DNA of 64,000 bases from an uncultured delta proteobacterium (lineage in GTDB: Bacteria; Desulfobacterota; Binatia; UBA9968). Made by a program: the position numbers and the translations under genes. Under the pieces are notes generated by a model, which was given only the letters and a program-made list of their open reading frames with translations, had not been told where the DNA came from and did not search any database. The DNA is taken from NCBI GenBank assembly GCA_963840855.1, contig CAWJBB010000046.1:64001-128000 (forward strand), given 5' to 3'. This document shows, piece by piece, positions 11,571 through 21,945 of the stretch. Numbering within the stretch: position 1 is the first letter of the stretch; each line of letters starts with the position of its first letter.

Positions 11571-11707
11571 GTGTATTCAATGGGCCGCGGTATTTAATCC
11601 TGTTAGAAACGGTGCATAATAAAACTCGCCTCGGCGTTGAATACCTCTGTCGCGTTGTGGTTGCCGTCGTAGGTTCCCTGAAAGAAATAACGGCGTCACT
11701 CTAAACT

Positions 11708-12838
11708 ATGCCATCGCCGCAAAATCCGCCGCAGCTATACTCAGGCGATAACGCCACGTCCGCCGCGTTACGGGCGAGGGTTGCTTGTCCGATATGCAAT
11801 ACGGAGGGTGCGCCCCGGCTATTTCTTGCCAAGGACCGCGTTCATCATCTCCCCGGGACCTTTGGCATCCATCGCTGCGCTCAGTGCCACGCCCATTTTG
11901 TCCAGCCCTCGCTGAGTGAGGAGGGTCTTGCCGGCTATTATCCCGAAGACTACGGCCGTTATCGCGTCGCCAAATCTCTCGGTAAAAAAAACTACACGGG
12001 ATGGCATCGCTTCGTCTTGGAGCATCGATATGGTTACCCCAAATCTCATGGCACCGGGAGCAATGCTTTACAGCGCGCGGTGGCATTTCTGCTTTCAGGG
12101 TTCACCGCTAAGAACGTAATTCCCTATCGCGGTGACGGCAGAATTCTCGACATTGGGGTGGGTGGCGGATCGTATCTCTACCGGTTAAAGCAATGGGGCT
12201 GGGAGACCTACGGCGTAGAACGGAGCGCGACGGGAGCGCGCCAAGCGCAGAGCCTCGGGCTTGCGGTGCATCATGGAACCCTCGCCGAAGCGCGCTTTCC
12301 AAATTCTTTTTTTGATGCCGTTCGCTTGAGTAACGTGCTGGAGCATTTGCCGGATCCGCTAACCGTGTTCGAAGAAATCGATCGCATCCTCAAACCCGAC
12401 GGCCTCGTCTATGTAACCGTTCCCAACACCCAGAGCCTCGTTTTTTGGCTGTTTCGGGAAAATTGGTACGCGCTCGACGCGCCGCGCCATGTGATCTCCT
12501 ATTGTCCATCTACATTAGAAACCCTCTGCGACGCCACCGGTTTCGAGATCGTGGGCATGCTATTTACCGCCGGCCCGTTCAATTTCGTTCGTAGCCTCAC
12601 ATTGTTTTTTGAAGAAGGCGGCAGGCGCTGGCCGATATGGATTCGCCGCATTCGTTGGGAGCGGAGCAGGTTCGTCAGGCGCGCTTTGAAACCATTTTTC
12701 TTTTTCGTCGATGCCGCGGGCTACGGCGATTTTCTGCACGCGACCCTGCGCAAAAAACCTGCTCTAGTCATCAACGCAGCAAAGGTATTTGAAAAACCTC
12801 ACAGCGACGGCCGAGTGGTAAATGCGGTGGCGCGCTAA
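11708..12838 (+). CDS. Class I SAM-dependent methyltransferase with N-terminal Zn-binding motif
   Basis: CPIC...CAQC; ILDIGVGGG; VLEHLPDP; LKPDG. Confidence 0.9.
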   Translation: MPSPQNPPQLYSGDNATSAALRARVACPICNTEGAPRLFLAKDRVHHLPGTFGIHRCAQCHAHFVQPSLSEEGLAGYYPEDYGRYRVAKSLGKKNYTGWHRFVLEHRYGYPKSHGTGSNALQRAVAFLLSGFTAKNVIPYRGDGRILDIGVGGGSYLYRLKQWGWETYGVERSATGARQAQSLGLAVHHGTLAEARFPNSFFDAVRLSNVLEHLPDPLTVFEEIDRILKPDGLVYVTVPNTQSLVFWLFRENWYALDAPRHVISYCPSTLETLCDATGFEIVGMLFTAGPFNFVRSLTLFFEEGGRRWPIWIRRIRWERSRFVRRALKPFFFFVDAAGYGDFLHATLRKKPALVINAAKVFEKPHSDGRVVNAVAR

Positions 12839-12890
12839 AATGCTGTATTGATTGCGGTCGCCAATCATCACATTAGCGGACGGATTCTCC

Positions 12891-13238
12891 TCAGAACGTT
12901 TCTTTTCCGGTGGCGCATTCATAGCCGTAGATCAAGGTTCCATCCGGGGCCCTCACGGTCATGTTGCCACTTCCTCGACTGACGTAATGGAAGTACGCAC
13001 CGGGCATCAGATCGACGATGAACGAAATGGTCGTTTTGTCGATATAGACTTCACGGGCGAGTATGCCATTGTGAACGATGGCGTTTTTAAGGGTGTCTAT
13101 TTTGAAGCTCAACGTCATGCTGTATTCGCGATGAACACAGACGAGATCGAATGTTTCCGCAAGCGCAAACCTCGGCTGGAGGAACAACTGACAGACTACC
13201 ATCCAGCAACTTAGGCGCAGTATTGCCAAAGAGTTCAT
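12891..13238 (-). CDS. Small secreted hypothetical protein
   Basis: Signal-peptide-like N-terminus (FALA), paired Cys. Confidence 0.5.
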   Translation of the reverse strand: MNSLAILRLSCWMVVCQLFLQPRFALAETFDLVCVHREYSMTLSFKIDTLKNAIVHNGILAREVYIDKTTISFIVDLMPGAYFHYVSRGSGNMTVRAPDGTLIYGYECATGKETF

Positions 13239-13474
13239 ATTTTTATTAGACGCTCCGTCAAAGCCTACGTTAATTCAATCAATGGTCGTCGCCGACTAGA
13301 TGTATGGTCCAGTGGTTTCACTCATGTCAGAAGAGGTTACTTGCCCGGAAAGCCGCTCCAAGCGATGGCAGGAATAATCGCTGATCCGCTCAAAGTCAAA
13401 CGGTCAAAAGCGAAGCCTCTTTATTTGCAATCGAGAGGCCGTTTCCATTTCATCTATTTCGGCAATGAAAGATC

Positions 13475-13497
13475 TGGCGTCCCTGAGGGGATTTGAA
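13475..13497 (-). repeat. att fossil: degenerate copy of the tRNA-Glu 3' end
   Basis: TGGCGTCCCTGAGGGGATTTGAA matches 30139-30161 at 21 of 23 positions. Confidence 0.85.
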
Positions 13498-13642
13498 AGC
13501 ACTGAGGAATAATCCCGAAAGTCATTCCGTTTATTTATTTTTCAGGTTGTTCAGTATTAGACAGACATCACAGAAGGCCCCTGGGTATTGTTCGCCCAGT
13601 GACAGCTACGGTTAGTAAATAATACTCTCGTAGGAGGAGAAT

Positions 13643-13939
13643 ATGGGTAGTAAATTATATGTTGGTGGTTTGACTTATTCCGTGACGAGCGAGCGTTTAG
13701 GGGAACTTTTCTCGGCGCACGGTGCGGTGGAATCGGCGAATGTAATCTCGGATAAGTTCACGGGTCAATCACGAGGCTTCGGCTTTGTCGAGATGAGTTC
13801 AGGCAGGGAGGCGCAGAGCGCTATATCAGCGCTGAACGGCACGCAATTCGAGGGACGCACCCTAACGGTTAATGAGGCCAAGCCAATGGCGAAGCGTGAC
13901 AACTTCGGAGGCGACCAAGGAAGAGGTAACCGTCGATAG
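13643..13939 (+). CDS. RRM RNA-binding protein
   Basis: KLYVGGL (RNP2), SRGFGFVEM (RNP1), G/R-rich tail; AGGAGG RBS. Confidence 0.95.
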   Translation: MGSKLYVGGLTYSVTSERLGELFSAHGAVESANVISDKFTGQSRGFGFVEMSSGREAQSAISALNGTQFEGRTLTVNEAKPMAKRDNFGGDQGRGNRR

Positions 13940-14033
13940 CTTTTTGCAGGAAAAATCATTCCCCTGTACGGTCGCAAAATCTTGCGGTGCGAGAGGTGCG
14001 AGCTTCGTGGGTTCGATCGCCGATGACCGAATC

Positions 14034-14252
14034 ATGGTCGAAAGATATAAACACCATCTAATCGTCGCTTCTGTTACTCCCGATGAAAGCACGGGAAAAT
14101 ATACTTCAGTTGCAACTATCTCTTGGCAAGAAGGCGGACACCGCGGGCTACACTTTCTCGACCACTCGTCACATCGTTATGACGATGCCAATTCCGCTAT
14201 TCAGTACGCGCTCGCCGCACCGAAAATATGGATTGAAGAAAAACTAAAATAG
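14034..14252 (+). CDS. Small hypothetical protein
   Basis: ORF MVERYKHHLIVAS...WIEEKLK with globular composition. Confidence 0.55.
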   Translation: MVERYKHHLIVASVTPDESTGKYTSVATISWQEGGHRGLHFLDHSSHRYDDANSAIQYALAAPKIWIEEKLK

Positions 14253-14313
14253 TCAGGCCATTTGTCAGAAACTCGCTTGCAATAGCATACGGAAGCGATC
14301 CAGGTCCCAGGCC

Positions 14314-14571
14314 GTGAAAATACTCGTCGATATTTCCATGGAATATTACGAGCAGATGGTGAATCGGGTCGCTGAGCATTCTCACCTCCATTCCATCCTG
14401 ATGAACGGCGTAATGGTCCACGACTATCAAACCGGAGTACGAAGAAGAGTCGTGAAAATCCTGTGTAACAAGGTCGACGCCGCAATGCTTCGCGACGCCA
14501 CGATAACGCTTTGCCCGCAAGCCTTCGCCGAATTGGAACAAAGCATCAAACTCTCTCGCGAGATATCGTAG
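14314..14571 (+). CDS. Small hypothetical protein
   Basis: 85-aa ORF co-directional with its neighbours. Confidence 0.55.
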   Translation: MKILVDISMEYYEQMVNRVAEHSHLHSILMNGVMVHDYQTGVRRRVVKILCNKVDAAMLRDATITLCPQAFAELEQSIKLSREIS

Positions 14572-14975
14572 GCCGCTCATCAGAACAAAGCCGGAAGCCC
14601 GCTGGCAATGCTCAATGCCTCGCTGAACGCAATCACGCGGATGGTTCACCTATGAAGAAGTTGAAGGCCGGGCGTATTCCGAAGACTCGTTACCGGATAA
14701 TATGTGAAGATAGACCCCGACACACTTATAGTAGTGTTAACAGATTGTTTACAGAGAATTTCGGAACCTACCAAAAACCTGCAAGTGCTTGATTTTTTGG
14801 CGTCCCTAACTGTTCCTACTTGGAACCAGCTAATAATCTGGCTGCGAGAGCTGGAATTGGTGCGGAATCAAACTGCCGCGTAGTTAAAAGCGGATGGATA
14901 CGCCGATCAATTTTGAGCTAATCAACATCCTTTAGTAGATTTGAACCATAGCAAAAGGGAACGGAGTCTGCAGGA

Positions 14976-15401
14976 ATGGAGTCGGAAGACAAGCAGATTG
15001 TAGCCAATCGTGAGAATGCTCAACGTTCTACAGGCCCCAAGACGCCGGAAGGTAAGTCGGCATCAAGCCAGAATGCCGTTAAACACGGCCTACTAGTGAA
15101 AATCCCCGTGTTGCCTTGGGTGGAGAGCCAAGCGGATTGGGATGAGCATTGCCAGCAGCTGCAAAGGTGCCTGACGCCAACTGGCTGTCTCGAAACGGTC
15201 CTGGTCGAGAAAGTCGCTCTGCAACTATGGCGGCTGAAGCGTTTAGCGCTCTACGAGCGTGAGGTCACGGCGATTAGCCTGGAATCTGTCAAAGAGTCTC
15301 ATCTGAAGGCTGAAGGTGACATTGACGAGGATCCTCCGGCTTATGAAACGAGCACGCCCATTGCCGCTGCGAGGCAGGCGGTTAAACGATTGGAGATCGA
15401 A
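14976..15401 (+). pseudogene. Mobile-element hypothetical protein (ANRENAQRSTGPKTPEGK family), truncated by an IS fragment
   Basis: Conserved N-terminal motif; after ~15400 the ORF only reads the antisense strand of the transposase fragment. Confidence 0.7.
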
Positions 15402-15852
15402 TTAGGCTTCGTAGTCGGTCTTGATAGTCGAGGAGATAGCTTTGATATAGCTGTAGTTGTACGAGTGCAGAGGGACGTGTTTATCCACAATGAGCTTTTT
15501 TTCGATGGAAAGTTCTTTGACTATGTTCTTTTCGATGGCAGGAGAGATCCCCCGCGTGGGATTCCGCCGAGCGTAGTTGATGGAGAAAGAGGAGGGACCT
15601 TGTTGATAACGTTTGACCAACTCCCAGAACCGTCGCGGTTTGATTCCCAGCACTTCCTGAATGTAAGGCCGTTTGATTTCTCCTTTGAGGTAACGGGATA
15701 ACAATTCCTTGACCTGACTGTCGGTGAACCTTTTGTGTAGTTGAGCCATAGCATGCCCCCCTTTTTTGAGGTTCATGCTAGGGGGTTTTTAGGTGTGCAC
15801 TTTTAAACTTTAAATCCCTCTAAAACTGTGCACTTTTAATTCTTAAATGACA
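15402..15852 (-). mobile_element. Truncated IS (IS481/ISNCY-like): terminus plus transposase N-terminus
   Basis: HTH-like start MAQLHKRFTDSQVKELL...LGIKPRRF; end reads 5'-TGTCA on the minus strand at 15852; TGTGCACTTTTAA repeated at 15794 and 15827; no DDE domain. Confidence 0.7.
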
Positions 15853-15868
15853 CTGTAGAATTTTCAGC

Positions 15869-15897
15869 TTGACAATGTACATCTCTTACAGTATACA
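15869..15897 (+). promoter_or_regulatory. Sigma70-like promoter
   Basis: TTGACA-17 nt-TATACA upstream of 16178. Confidence 0.5.
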
Positions 15898-16177
15898 GCG
15901 TCATCTCATTTGCACATCCTAAAGACCTGACCCCCCTCCAAGCCACCGCAAGATCAGGGTCTGCTCTGTCTTTTCTGTACGGCCGTTTGGGTTCTCGAAG
16001 GCGGATTACCTGATGCTCGACGGGGAAAACCTTTTTTCTCAGCGGCTGGTTCTAACAGTAATTCCGCGTGACTCCCTGCAAAGTTTGCCAGTTTTTTAAA
16101 TACACTCCAACAAATATGGTCAAAAGTAAACTCGCGTGATCCTAAAGATCACCCAAAGAAAAGGAGAGGTAAGACAT

Positions 16178-17460
16178 ATGAAAGCCAAGTTGATAGAAAC
16201 ATTTCTCGTCGTCTTTGTAGTAACGCTAGGCTTGTCCGTAGCTCGGGCAGATCAAGCGCAGCAATACCCTGCAGACGCAACTTTCACCACTCTCATTACG
16301 ACTCCGTTAGGTATCGAAGGGTTAACCGGTGACAACTCCGGGAATTTATATACTGTAGGGCGTCACGTAAACGTACCCGCAGAACAGGGATTGCCCTGCC
16401 CCGTCTGGAAAATCAATTTAACTAGCCCTTCGCTCGAGGTCGGTTGGCAATATCCCAGCCCCCAGCACCAGTACTGTGTGCGCTCCATCGCGGACTAGCG
16501 TTAAATGCCGCAGGCGACATTTTCGTTTCCGACAATGGGAAATAGAATTTCATTCACGTTTTACTCCCAATGCTGTTTCCCCTCCAACTGCAAATAGTTT
16601 ATGCCACAGGGGTCCCTGGCACCAACGGACTTGCCTTTGACCGCCATGGTAACCTCTGGACCGGGGACGGAACAACTGGCCAAGGGCGTGTCTGGAAGAT
16701 TTCCCCAGCGGGAATCGTTACGGAGAAATTCCGCATTCAGCCGATGTCGAATGAAGTGAATTTGGCGGAGGATGGTGTCGGTGGAGTCGGGCGCGACGTG
16801 CGAACTTTGCCGCCGGGGACTATCAGGGTTACACTAGACAGCCGCAGCGCCTTTAATACCGCGGGATCTCAGCCGCTCGTGGCCAATGGGCTGGCGTTCA
16901 ATCGAGATGGCGATCTCTTTGTCGCGGATACCGCAAGAGGAGCGCTGTGGCAGGTGAAGTTCAATACGGACGGGACCCTTAAAAGCCATCTTGGTTGCGA
17001 TGAGACGTTCCTTGACAACACGCTTTGCCTAAACCACATCTTTCTCGCGGATCCTCGCCTTGAAGGAGTTGACGGCATTGCTTTGGACCAAAACGGAAAT
17101 ATCTGGGCCTCGGTCAATGAGCGAAACGCGATCGCTATCTTTGGAAAGGGCGTAGCGGCGGAAGTTTTCCGAAACCCAGTGAATCGAAATACTGGGCTGA
17201 GAAATTCTTGCCAGCCCGCTGGCAGTTGTCCATCGCCTTCAGCAACAGACACAGACGATAGAAGAATCCTGGAATCTCCGACCAGCCCGTTTCTCCTCGG
17301 AAACCGATTCTGCACAGCGAATAGCGATGGTAACCGGCGGGATAACTCTCCAAACACCGCCGGTGAGATTAATTCTTCAGGCCCTGTGGGTTTGAGAGGC
17401 AAGATCTCCTGCATGGATCAGCCCTTGACTTCTCCTGGATTAGAATTGCCCATTGAGTAG
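16178..17460 (+). pseudogene. Secreted beta-propeller (SMP-30/gluconolactonase-like), frameshifted
   Basis: Signal peptide and GIEGLTGD in one frame; NGLAFD, DGIALD repeats continue in another frame after breaks at ~16440-16570. Confidence 0.8.
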
Positions 17461-17807
17461 AATCGTTCTCCCTCAAAAAATGAGGCTCCCGGGGAATCTT
17501 TCGAGTGCTGGCAGGGTAAGGTATGACAGAAAGCGGTTCGGGGAGCCTTATTTTGCTTTCAAATTCGAGAGCCAGTAAACGACGAGAATAACCGGATGGG
17601 AATTCTGGTATTACCGACGACCGTTTATCCTCAATCCGCTAGGTGTAAGAACCAATGCATGAAAACGGTAGAGGCTCCACTCACGACGGATATCGTATCC
17701 TGAAGAAATGTTATCGTGGCCGTAGTTTAGAACGAGTGGATTGGCATCGTTGATAAGGACTCTAACTTGGTTGACTTCCGTTTCGTTCAGTAAGCCCATC
17801 GACAAGG

Positions 17808-18869
17808 TTACTTGCCGCGGGTGGGCGCTACAACCGGCGCTGTTTTATAAAGTCGATCGATAAATCCCGAGCTGTCCAATTCCCTAATAAATGTTGAGTT
17901 GATAAATTGCTCCGGCCGCGCCGACTGGGCTTTTGGGTTTTGGGCCGACAATTCCCGAAGCATAATCTCGATGCCCCGACGCGTTGGATATGGCTTCTCG
18001 GGGATCAGGGCAAGCCCAACTCCCTCGTAGGTCTCGAGCAGAGCGCCCGGATCATTTAGCTTGAGACGCTTTTGCAGCAGCGCGAGCGCCTCGGTGCGAT
18101 GGGTCTTAAAGTAGTGAATGCCCTCCACATAGGCGGTCAAGACCTTTTTTACCAGGTCAGGACGGGACTTGATCGTCGATTGTGTCCCTGCCAGCACGGT
18201 CGCTTGGTATTCAAGCCCCAACGATTGTAGGTCTGTCAGAACCGGAAAGCCCATTTCCTTCGCCTTTATCGTAAGGGGCACTTCCAGCATCACGCCGTGA
18301 ATTTTGCCGGTCTTGAGAGCGGAGAAGCGCTCCGGCTGACTACCGATTTCAATTATCCCTACGTCCTTTTCTGGAACCAACCCGTATCTGTCGAGCGCAT
18401 AGCGCGTGGCGAAATCCGAGGAGGAGCCCCTTCGGCTCACCGCTACGGTCTTTCCTTTGAGTTGATCGGGCCGTTTAATTTCCTTGCCAACGATGAACTG
18501 ATAGTTCATCGTGTTCTGCAAACCGGCAAGAATCGTGAGCCCCGAGCCCTGCAAACCGCTTTCAAGCACCGGCAGTCCGGAAATCTGTCCGAATTGGACC
18601 TCCCCCGTGAGCAATGCTTGCACCCCCGGGGGGCCGCCCACAACATGCACCATTTCGACGTCCAATCCATGCTTGCGGAAAAACCCGCCCTCGTAGGCTG
18701 CCCAGCCCGACGCCTGGTTACCGGATAACCCCGCATAGACGATTCTGATCCGTTCGAGCGGTGGATCGGAAGATTTTTCAGCTGTGTAACCCGGACGGGA
18801 CAAGAAAGACAGAACCAGTCCGACCAGAGCCAATCCTGCATACCCGCGTGCGTAGTGTGGATTAGCCAT
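17808..18869 (-). CDS. NitT/TauT (SsuA/THI5-like) ABC substrate-binding protein
   Basis: GFFRKHGLDVE, LKGKTVAVSRRGSSSD, KPYPT motifs. Confidence 0.9.
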   Translation of the reverse strand: MANPHYARGYAGLALVGLVLSFLSRPGYTAEKSSDPPLERIRIVYAGLSGNQASGWAAYEGGFFRKHGLDVEMVHVVGGPPGVQALLTGEVQFGQISGLPVLESGLQGSGLTILAGLQNTMNYQFIVGKEIKRPDQLKGKTVAVSRRGSSSDFATRYALDRYGLVPEKDVGIIEIGSQPERFSALKTGKIHGVMLEVPLTIKAKEMGFPVLTDLQSLGLEYQATVLAGTQSTIKSRPDLVKKVLTAYVEGIHYFKTHRTEALALLQKRLKLNDPGALLETYEGVGLALIPEKPYPTRRGIEIMLRELSAQNPKAQSARPEQFINSTFIRELDSSGFIDRLYKTAPVVAPTRGK

Positions 18870-19017
18870 TTTTGCCTCCTATCGAGCCGATTCAGCAAAG
18901 AGGTAGGTTATGGATGCCTGGCTCTCTTTCTCCTGTAGCAGGGCATCGATTGCAAGTCAAATAAGTCGCTCTTAATGTCAAGTCTTTGATTTAAGAATTT
19001 TAGTTGTCACTCGTTTC

Positions 19018-20691
19018 ATGTTATCCTATTCGGAATCGATCGAGGCTGCAAAAAATCGAAGGGGTGCGGAGAAAACGGACTTGCCGAGCACGGTGGAGGC
19101 CCTGCACCGCTTTCGAGCTTTATCGGGCATGTCCCTAATGCGTAGTTGGGTTTTTTGGCGGGCCGGCGCGAGGTTTGACCGGTCGTGGTTGCCAAGTCTC
19201 ATCGTCGTTGGCGGTATCGCAACGACTATGGCGCTCTCCGTTTCCATCGATAATCAGGAACTGGACCACATCAGGCGCACCATTGACGGCGAGGCCGCGG
19301 CGGTATCCAGAGCTATCCAGAGCACCATCACATGGCACTTCCAATCGCTGCTTCGAATCGCCAAGCGGTGGGAATTCCGTAAGCCATCGATGATCGAATG
19401 GGATGATGACGCCAGACTAGTGCGTGAACATTCCTATGGCTTTGAATTTATTGATTGGGTGGATGCATCATATAAGACGCAATGGTCGGTTTATACGGGT
19501 GGGCGGAAGTCCATCGATACAGACGGCGCGTTTGACGAACCACTGAAAATAGTCCTGGAGAAAGCGCGGCAACGCCAGACGATAATCGTCAGTCGAGTCA
19601 TCGATCTTCCGCCCAAAGGCAAAGGGGTATTGATTTATGTGCCGCTCTTTACCGGTCCCGACCGCGCTAGCTTCGACGGTTTTATCGCCGCTGCCCTGAG
19701 CGTCCCCGCCACGATGACCGGGCTTCTGGACGTTAACCTCTTGCGCCGATACGAGCTTGAGATCTTCGAGGGCGAGACCTTGATTTACACCATGCCCGGC
19801 GCCCAGGGAACCACAAAGAATAGATGGCAACAAGAAGCGGATTTAAAACTCTACGGCGTCGTCTGGTTCGGATCGGTTTGGACGGTTCGCCTGTGGCCGA
19901 CGCCGACCTGGCTCAACGAAATGCATTCGTCGCTCGACAAAATAACGCTCATTACGGGTTTGGGCCTGACCGGGCTTTTAGCCCTCTTGAGTTACTATTT
20001 CAAACTGGCGCGCGAGCGTGAGCGCCAACTCCAGACTGCCAACATCAAACTGCGCAACGAAGACGCTATCAAGAACTCGCTGCGCGAGAAGGAAGTCCTG
20101 CTCAAAGAGATTCACCATCGGGTGAAAAACAATCTGCAGATCATCTCTAGTCTGCTCGATTTACAGACCGGCACGGTGAAGGACCCCCGGGTGCTGCAGT
20201 CATTTCAGGAGAGCCAGCACCGCATCCGCTCGATGGCCCTAATCCACGAGAAACTGTATCAATCGCCGGATCTGGCGGAGGTGGATTTTGCCGACTACCT
20301 GCGCAGTCTGATCGCTTATTTAGTGCGCGCCTATCACATCAGCGAGGCGCAGGTGACGCTGAAGCTGGATACCGAGCCGGTGCGTCTGCGCATCGACACG
20401 GCGATACCGTGCGGGTTGATTCTCAACGAGCTGGTGTCCAATGCGCTTAAGCACGCATTTCCCAACGGCCGGCGCGGAGAGATCGACGTGACGGTGCGGG
20501 CGGAGAAGCCGGAAAGGGCGTCATTGTGGGTGAGCGACAACGGTGTGGGATTGCCGGATGGGATGGATTGGCGGGCGGCGCCGTCGCTGGGGTTGAGGTT
20601 GGTGCATACCTTGACCCAGCAGCTCCATGGCACCCTAGAGGTGGAGACGGCGAACGGAGCCACGTTTCGCCTGAGCTTTCCCCTAACCTGA
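19018..20691 (+). CDS. Membrane sensor histidine kinase (CHASE-like sensor, HisKA_2, HATPase)
   Basis: [12 protein letters not shown]-box, [17 protein letters not shown]; two TM segments; start position uncertain. Confidence 0.92.
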   Translation: MLSYSESIEAAKNRRGAEKTDLPSTVEALHRFRALSGMSLMRSWVFWRAGARFDRSWLPSLIVVGGIATTMALSVSIDNQELDHIRRTIDGEAAAVSRAIQSTITWHFQSLLRIAKRWEFRKPSMIEWDDDARLVREHSYGFEFIDWVDASYKTQWSVYTGGRKSIDTDGAFDEPLKIVLEKARQRQTIIVSRVIDLPPKGKGVLIYVPLFTGPDRASFDGFIAAALSVPATMTGLLDVNLLRRYELEIFEGETLIYTMPGAQGTTKNRWQQEADLKLYGVVWFGSVWTVRLWPTPTWLNEMHSSLDKITLITGLGLTGLLALLSYYFKLARERERQLQTANIKLRNEDAIKNSLREKEVLLKEIHHRVKNNLQIISSLLDLQTGTVKDPRVLQSFQESQHRIRSMALIHEKLYQSPDLAEVDFADYLRSLIAYLVRAYHISEAQVTLKLDTEPVRLRIDTAIPCGLILNELVSNALKHAFPNGRRGEIDVTVRAEKPERASLWVSDNGVGLPDGMDWRAAPSLGLRLVHTLTQQLHGTLEVETANGATFRLSFPLT

Positions 20692-20721
20692 AGAGAGAGG
20701 CATTGCAGCGGGCGTTAAACT

Positions 20722-20870
20722 CCTGAGCCAAATCGGCCACCACCCCATCCGCTCCGGGAGCGGGTTATTGCAGCTTCGGGCTGAACTTTTACTCTTGCGT
20801 CGGGTGCCCGCGTTTTCCATGGCTTGCCCCTTGGTTGTCGAATGTCTACTAACCAACGAACTCCCTAGTA
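20722..20870 (+). repeat. 149-nt direct repeat, copy 1
   Basis: Ungapped homology to 21469-21617 (period 747 nt). Confidence 0.95.
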
Positions 20871-21617
20871 GTTGGGCGAGGGTGGCGGGCGCATCACTGA
20901 AAGGAAGTTCCTTTCGTATCTCCGGCTAACTCAAAAATAGGGGCGATGTTCGGCTAAGATACACATCCGCCTTTATCTCCCCACGCCGAAAGGGGTGGTA
21001 TAAGCTTCGGGGTACCTCATACGGAAAGCTGGGTAATTTTTCGCCGGGTCTCACCTAATCTTTTCCGTGTCGTAAGGAACGTTCGCAGGGCTCAAAGCTC
21101 GGCAATTGTCTAACCCAGCTGTACTCGGAAAGCGGGCAGTGATATTGGAGCAGGTAACGATCCCGACCCTCGGCAGATGGAATTGTTGCGGCATTGACGG
21201 GTTGAGATAATCGCGCCAGGGTGGCAACGCATCAGCGAAACGACCCCCGATATTCTTTGAATTCTCACCAGCGCGCGCCAAGTCCATGTTTGACATAGGC
21301 CCGCGTGATCGTCGCTACAACGAGACGATGACCAAGGCCGCATTGTTGGCTATTTGTTGTGGCGCGAACAACAATAAGAAACGTTGCAATCTATCAAGGA
21401 GTTCGTAAGTATCTGGACATCGGCGCCTTGAGACCAAGGGACAAACCCTTCCAAGCGCGGGCAATGGGCCTGAGCCATATCGGCCACCGCCCGATCCGCT
21501 CCGAAGGCGGGTTATTGCAGCTTCGGGCTGAACTCTTACTGTTGCGTCGGGTGCCCGCGCTTTCCAGGGCTCGTCCCTTGGTCGTCGAATGTCTACTAAC
21601 CAACGAACTCCTTAGTA
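20871..21617 (+). ncRNA. Candidate large structured non-coding RNA unit (family unassigned)
   Basis: No credible ORF; more than 12 manually paired helices with G-U pairs and GNRA loops on the + strand; long rod 21396-21613. Confidence 0.55.
21469..21617 (+). repeat. 149-nt direct repeat, copy 2
   Basis: Homologous to 20722-20870. Confidence 0.95.
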
Positions 21618-21719
21618 ATACTTCGGCCACGGACATTTGCAACCGCGGGCTCAGGCTTCACGCCGGCAGCGAAGAGGTTTGTTCGAGATGAACAACTCTA
21701 ACTCCCAGTTGCAGCAGGG

Positions 21720-21918
21720 CAGTGAAAAGAGCATTATCGGTCATTGAGCGAGGGCACTAAAGGCTACGCCATCTTCATGGTGGATCCCCAGGGGCATGTG
21801 GTCAGCTGGAATTCTGGAGCCGAGCGCTGAGAGTGGCGCACGCCTTGATCCAGTAGCTGCATGGCACCCTAGAGATCGAGACGGCGAACGGAGCCACGTT
21901 TCGCCCGGGCTTTCCCAT
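21720..21918 (+). pseudogene. Remnant of a second histidine kinase (PAS fragment fused to HATPase tail)
   Basis: Translates to YAIFMVDPQGHVVSWNSGAER (PAS start), followed by a near-copy of 20600-20683. Confidence 0.75.
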
Positions 21919-21945
21919 GCATTAGGAGAAAGAAAAGGAGAACGC

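Noticed and set aside
15402-15701. C-terminal part of the 241-aa ORF 14976-15701
   Set aside because: Antisense read-through of the transposase fragment.
17611-17805. Response regulator gene
   Set aside because: Only a vague VRVLINDANPLV resemblance; too short and lacks the phospho-acceptor region.
20871-21691. Short ORFs (21051-21296, 21110-21343, 21359-21691, 21394-21642), or a group II intron or retron
   Set aside because: No protein-like motifs or RBS; no domain V or GUGYG boundary; no reverse transcriptase in the window.
21796-21945. Longer start for the hybrid kinase
   Set aside because: The extension is out-of-frame kinase remnant; the RBS supports ATG 21946.
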